Shown here: positions 60,488-64,000 of the stretch, in pieces | How the letters are laid out: each line of letters begins with the position of its first letter | How positions within the stretch are numbered: position 1 is the stretch's first letter | Source of the DNA: Pseudomonas aeruginosa PAO1 | Lineage (GTDB): Bacteria > Pseudomonadota > Gammaproteobacteria > Pseudomonadales > Pseudomonadaceae | Direction: 5' to 3' (one strand) | Assembly (NCBI RefSeq): GCF_000006765.1 | Contig: NC_002516.2 | DNA length: 64,000 nt | Translations under genes and position numbers: made by a program | Notes under the pieces: generated by a model | The model's input: the letters and a program-made list of their open reading frames with translations, nothing else | What the model was told of the DNA's origin: nothing | Database searches by the model: none

Positions 60488-60770
60488 CGATAACCTCCGC
60501 AACAGGACCACACGCCGGGGCTACCGAATAACGCCTTGGGTGAGCTGATGACAGGACGGACCGTCGGGGACGGCGGGGAAGGACTGGTCGAATTCTATCC
60601 AGAATGCATGAGCGACGGCCAGCGGCACCCGGGTTGTCGCGACGAAGCGCAGCGGTTAGCAGCAATCCGTCTAAAAAAGGCGCGGCCTCGCCAGAGTGAC
60701 CGACTAGTCTGAAAGTGCTTTACCGGTCACAGAACCCCACCCAGGCAAACGACAACACAGGAGAGTCGTC

Positions 60771-60977
60771 ATGCTGGAAACCGCACCCCACGAACATAAC
60801 TATCTGATCGACCACCTGGACGAGATCGAGGCCGTGATCGTCGATCTTTCCTTCAATGTCCAGGACGACCGCTGGCTGGTGTACTGCACCGCCTGCGGCC
60901 ATGAACACCTCGACCTGCCTGAGACCGACGAACGCATCAGCATCGGCGAGCCGGACCCGTTCCACCAGGCCGCCTGA
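60771..60977 (+). CDS. Small acidic His/Cys-rich protein (68 aa)
   Basis: Strong SD AGGAG before the ATG, coding-like codons, CTACGHEH motif, terminator directly downstream. Confidence 0.75.
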   Translation: MLETAPHEHNYLIDHLDEIEAVIVDLSFNVQDDRWLVYCTACGHEHLDLPETDERISIGEPDPFHQAA

Positions 60978-60992
60978 GTTTCCCGAGCGCAT

Positions 60993-61021
60993 GAAAAAGC
61001 CCGGCATCCGCCGGGCTTTCT
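60993..61021. terminator. Bidirectional terminator
   Basis: AAAGCCCGGC-ATCC-GCCGGGCTTT with A/T runs on both sides, between convergent genes. Confidence 0.85.
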
Positions 61022-61034
61022 CGTTACCGCCGGC

Positions 61035-61622
61035 TCATTGCTGGCCGAGGGTCTGAGCGATGGTCGGGTCCTTGAACACGCGGGTCAGGGCGTCGCTGAG
61101 CACCTCGCTGACCAGCTTGCTGTTGGTCGCCTGGTTCGGCGCCATGCCGAAGCGCTGGTTCAGGGAGGCGCCGTAGCGACCGGTGTAGCGCCGGCTGCTG
61201 TTCTGCACGTCGGCGCGGAAGGTCGCGGTGATGTCGGCCTGGGTGACGTAGACGCCGTCCTTCGGCGACTGGTACTTCAGCTCGGCCAGGGTCAGGGTCA
61301 GTTGCGGCGCGTTGTAGGCGTTGGCCGAAGGCGTGTAGCCGAGCAGGCGCACGGCCGTCTCGGCCTGGGCCTGGAGCTTGGGCACCACGTCCTCGCTACG
61401 GACGGTCAGGGTGCTGGTATCGGCGTAGAGGCCGCCGCGAGTGCCCAGGGACGGGCCGGGACGGCCATCGACCACCTTGACCACCACCGGCTGGCCATGG
61501 CCGACTGCGGTCAACGGTCCTTTAAGGACCGGTTGCGGGTCCAGTTGTTGCGGGCTCAGGGCGCAGCCGCCGAGAACCAGGGCGCTTGCGGTCATCAGGC
61601 TGAGCAACAGGCGATGCAGCAT
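61035..61622 (-). CDS. YajG-family lipoprotein
   Basis: Lipobox VLGGC; VVDGRPGPSLGTRGG; SD GGAG 6 nt upstream of ATG 61622. Confidence 0.8.
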   Translation of the reverse strand: MLHRLLLSLMTASALVLGGCALSPQQLDPQPVLKGPLTAVGHGQPVVVKVVDGRPGPSLGTRGGLYADTSTLTVRSEDVVPKLQAQAETAVRLLGYTPSANAYNAPQLTLTLAELKYQSPKDGVYVTQADITATFRADVQNSSRRYTGRYGASLNQRFGMAPNQATNSKLVSEVLSDALTRVFKDPTIAQTLGQQ

Positions 61623-61872
61623 GCTCATCTCTCCATGGGTTGGGCACGAATGGCCGGCAGTATAACGGCGCCGCGAAAGCACCGCAGCATTGCCTTGGAC
61701 GTTCGCCACGGGGCGCGGTTCCTCGCCTGTGGCAGGTGGCGCAGGGCACGCATGCCCGGCGTTTGGCAGATACGGCGCGGCGGATTGTCCCAGGGGGCTT
61801 TCGCCGGCGGGCACTTCGTGACCGGGAATGGGAAAAAAGTCTAAGGAGCGGGGTATTTTTTGATTTTCACCG

Positions 61873-61895
61873 TTATAATCGCCCCCCGATTATAA
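61873..61895. promoter_or_regulatory. Perfect inverted repeat containing TATAAT on both strands
   Basis: TTATAATCG-CCCCC-CGATTATAA in the divergent intergenic region before mqoB. Confidence 0.55.
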
Positions 61896-62463
61896 GGACG
61901 CCTCCTGATCGGGTTCCGGCCCCCGCGCCATCCCCCCACAGAGAGCCGCCAGTAGAGCGCTGCCCCATGAGGCAGACGCCCTGAAACGCCTGTAGCGAGT
62001 TTTTCGGCAAGGAATGCCGCATGACCCCGCACGATTCTGCGAAGGCATGCCCGCGACAGACGAGCCCTTCCGGCCCATGTCTCCAAAAGAGCGTGGATCG
62101 AAGGTATTTCACTACTTCACGAGAGTGTGGCGAGCAATGAAGAGTTTTGCGTCGGTAAGTGCGCCATTAGCGCTTGAAACAGCCCCCCGCAGACGCGACC
62201 GCAGCGGATACCTCATGACCAGAGCCTGACGGCCCGTTCCGTCGCGAATGTGCTTGCACGACCGGATGCCCGCATGGGCCAGCCAGGCTGCCAGATCGCC
62301 AGCCCCGCGCCCGGCATCCATAGGCGATGACGCCCGGCGTCCCGCCGTTGTTGCGAAGAATCGGACATGACGGCTCCCTCCGCCGCTGCCTGCCGGCCCG
62401 TACCGGCCTCGGCCCCGCCCCGTCTGTCGTCAATTTGGTGCTGAAGATTTTGGAGAAGCGTTA

Positions 62464-63987
62464 ATGGCGCAAAACGATCACGAAACAGTCGACATGCTGC
62501 TGGTAGGCGCCGGCATCATGAGCGCGACCCTGGCGGTCCTGCTCAAGGAACTCGACCCCAACCTGAAGATGGAAGTCGTCGAACTCCAGGAGTCCGGCGC
62601 GATCGAAAGCTCCAACCCGTGGAACAACGCGGGCACCGGCCACGCCGGCCTGTGCGAGCTGAACTACACCCCGCAGTCGGCCGACGGCAGCATCGACATC
62701 AAGAAAGCCGTGGGCATCAACACCATGTTCGAGGTGTCGAAGCAGTTCTGGTCGCACCTGGTCGCCAAGGGCACCTTCGGCTCGCCGAAGACCTTCATCA
62801 ACCCGGTACCGCACCTGAGCTTCGTGCGCGGCAGCGAAGGCATCGCCTACCTGAAGAAGCGCTTCGAATCGCTGACGAAGCACCACGCTTTCGAGACCAT
62901 GGTCTACTCCGAGGACAAGGCCACCCTCGCCGAGTGGATGCCGCTGATGATGCCGGGTCGTCCGGCCGACGAAGCGATCGCCGCGACCCGCGTCGAGGGC
63001 GGTACCGACGTCAACTTCGGCGCCCTGACCAACCAGCTCCTGCAACACCTGGCGCAACAGCCGGGCGCGCAGATCCGCTACAACCAGAAGGTCACCCACC
63101 TGCGCCGCGCCGATAACGGCTGGCGGGTCACCGTCAAGGACACCCGCAACGGCGGCGACCGCGAGATCCAGGCACGCTTCGTCTTCCTCGGCGCCGGCGG
63201 CGGCGCCCTGCCGCTCCTGCAACTTTCCGGCATCCCGGAAGGCAAGGGCTTCGGTGGTTTCCCGGTGAGCGGCCAGTGGCTGCGCTGCGACAACCCGGAA
63301 ATCGTCAAGCAGCACCAGGCCAAGGTCTACAGCCAGGCCGAGGTCGGCTCGCCGCCGATGTCCGTGCCGCACCTGGACACCCGTGTGGTGGACGGCAAGA
63401 AATCCCTGCTGTTCGGCCCCTATGCCGGTTTCTCCACCAAGTTCCTGCGCCATGGCTCGTTCCTCGACCTGCCGCTGTCGGTACGCCCGGGCAACATCCT
63501 GCCGATGCTCTCGGTGGCCCGCGACAACATGGACCTGACCCGCTACCTGATCGGCCAGGTCATGCAGTCGCCGGAACAGCGCCTGGAAGCCCTGCGCAAG
63601 TTCTACCCCGAAGCCAGGGCCGAGGACTGGCGCCTGGAAGTCGCCGGCCAGCGCGTGCAGATCATCAAGAAAGATCCGAAGAAAGGCGGCATCCTGCAGT
63701 TCGGCACCGAGCTGGTGGCCGCCCACGACGGCTCCATCGCCGCCCTGCTGGGCGCCTCGCCGGGCGCCTCGGTGACCGTCTCGATCATGCTCGGCCTGAT
63801 CGAGCGCTGCTTCCCGGAGCAGGCCCGCTCGCCGGAGTGGAGCGCCAAGCTGAAGGAAATCTTCCCGGCTCGCGAGAAAGAGCTGGAAAGCGACGCCGAG
63901 CTGTACCGCAGCGTCAGCAGCCGTTGCAGCGAGGTGCTGGAACTGACCGCGAAGAACGACGTGCAGGCCCCGGTCAACGCCGAGTGA
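62464..63987 (+). CDS. mqoB: Malate:quinone oxidoreductase
   Basis: [53 protein letters not shown]. Confidence 0.95.
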   Translation: MAQNDHETVDMLLVGAGIMSATLAVLLKELDPNLKMEVVELQESGAIESSNPWNNAGTGHAGLCELNYTPQSADGSIDIKKAVGINTMFEVSKQFWSHLVAKGTFGSPKTFINPVPHLSFVRGSEGIAYLKKRFESLTKHHAFETMVYSEDKATLAEWMPLMMPGRPADEAIAATRVEGGTDVNFGALTNQLLQHLAQQPGAQIRYNQKVTHLRRADNGWRVTVKDTRNGGDREIQARFVFLGAGGGALPLLQLSGIPEGKGFGGFPVSGQWLRCDNPEIVKQHQAKVYSQAEVGSPPMSVPHLDTRVVDGKKSLLFGPYAGFSTKFLRHGSFLDLPLSVRPGNILPMLSVARDNMDLTRYLIGQVMQSPEQRLEALRKFYPEARAEDWRLEVAGQRVQIIKKDPKKGGILQFGTELVAAHDGSIAALLGASPGASVTVSIMLGLIERCFPEQARSPEWSAKLKEIFPAREKELESDAELYRSVSSRCSEVLELTAKNDVQAPVNAE

Positions 63988-64000
63988 GCCGCGCGACGGA

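Noticed and set aside
60720-61007. 95-aa minus-strand ORF
   Set aside because: Starts inside a terminator and overlaps a better-supported plus-strand gene with a strong SD.
1-64000. Mobile elements, prophage, CRISPR arrays, defence islands, tRNA/rRNA
   Set aside because: No integrase or transposase, terminal repeats, repeat-spacer arrays or large compositional shift; the only long repeats are coding repeats in cdrA and the 129-aa protein.

Overview
High-GC Pseudomonas aeruginosa core chromosome. From recall, the gene order and protein sequences match PAO1 from about PA4594 to PA4640; I did not check this against a database. No phage, IS, integrase, CRISPR, tRNA or rRNA was seen. In order, the window holds: a truncated MacB/LolD-type ABC ATPase; ettA; esrC-oprJ-mexD-mexC-nfxB (an RND pump flanked by two paralogous repressors); morA; glyA; cstA-ybdD-yjiA; DUF3015; mapZ; radA; katB-ankB; mscL; fprB; an orphan DctP; rlmG; a five-gene Tat-exported molybdo-hydroxylase/cytochrome c operon; an MFS transporter; a small secreted repeat protein; cdrAB with 14 tandem repeats and FleQ-like boxes; hprA-rsmC-lysP; a yybP-ykoY (Mn2+) riboswitch ahead of a GDT1/TMEM165 exporter; an MCP; a degenerate SRAP protein; mgtC; several small genes; and mqoB. 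Most long ORFs in the track are antisense shadows. The best candidates for undescribed biology are: (1) a ~295-nt mgtC leader with a promoter, a TTG-start 15-aa leader peptide, alternative hairpins and a rut-like tract; (2) a 61-aa hydrophobic ORF just upstream of esrC; (3) the self-contained Mo-enzyme operon of unknown substrate; (4) a SRAP protein with Cys2 replaced by Ser; (5) a coupled CPXCG-DUF2007 pair. All functional ideas for these are inferences that still need testing.
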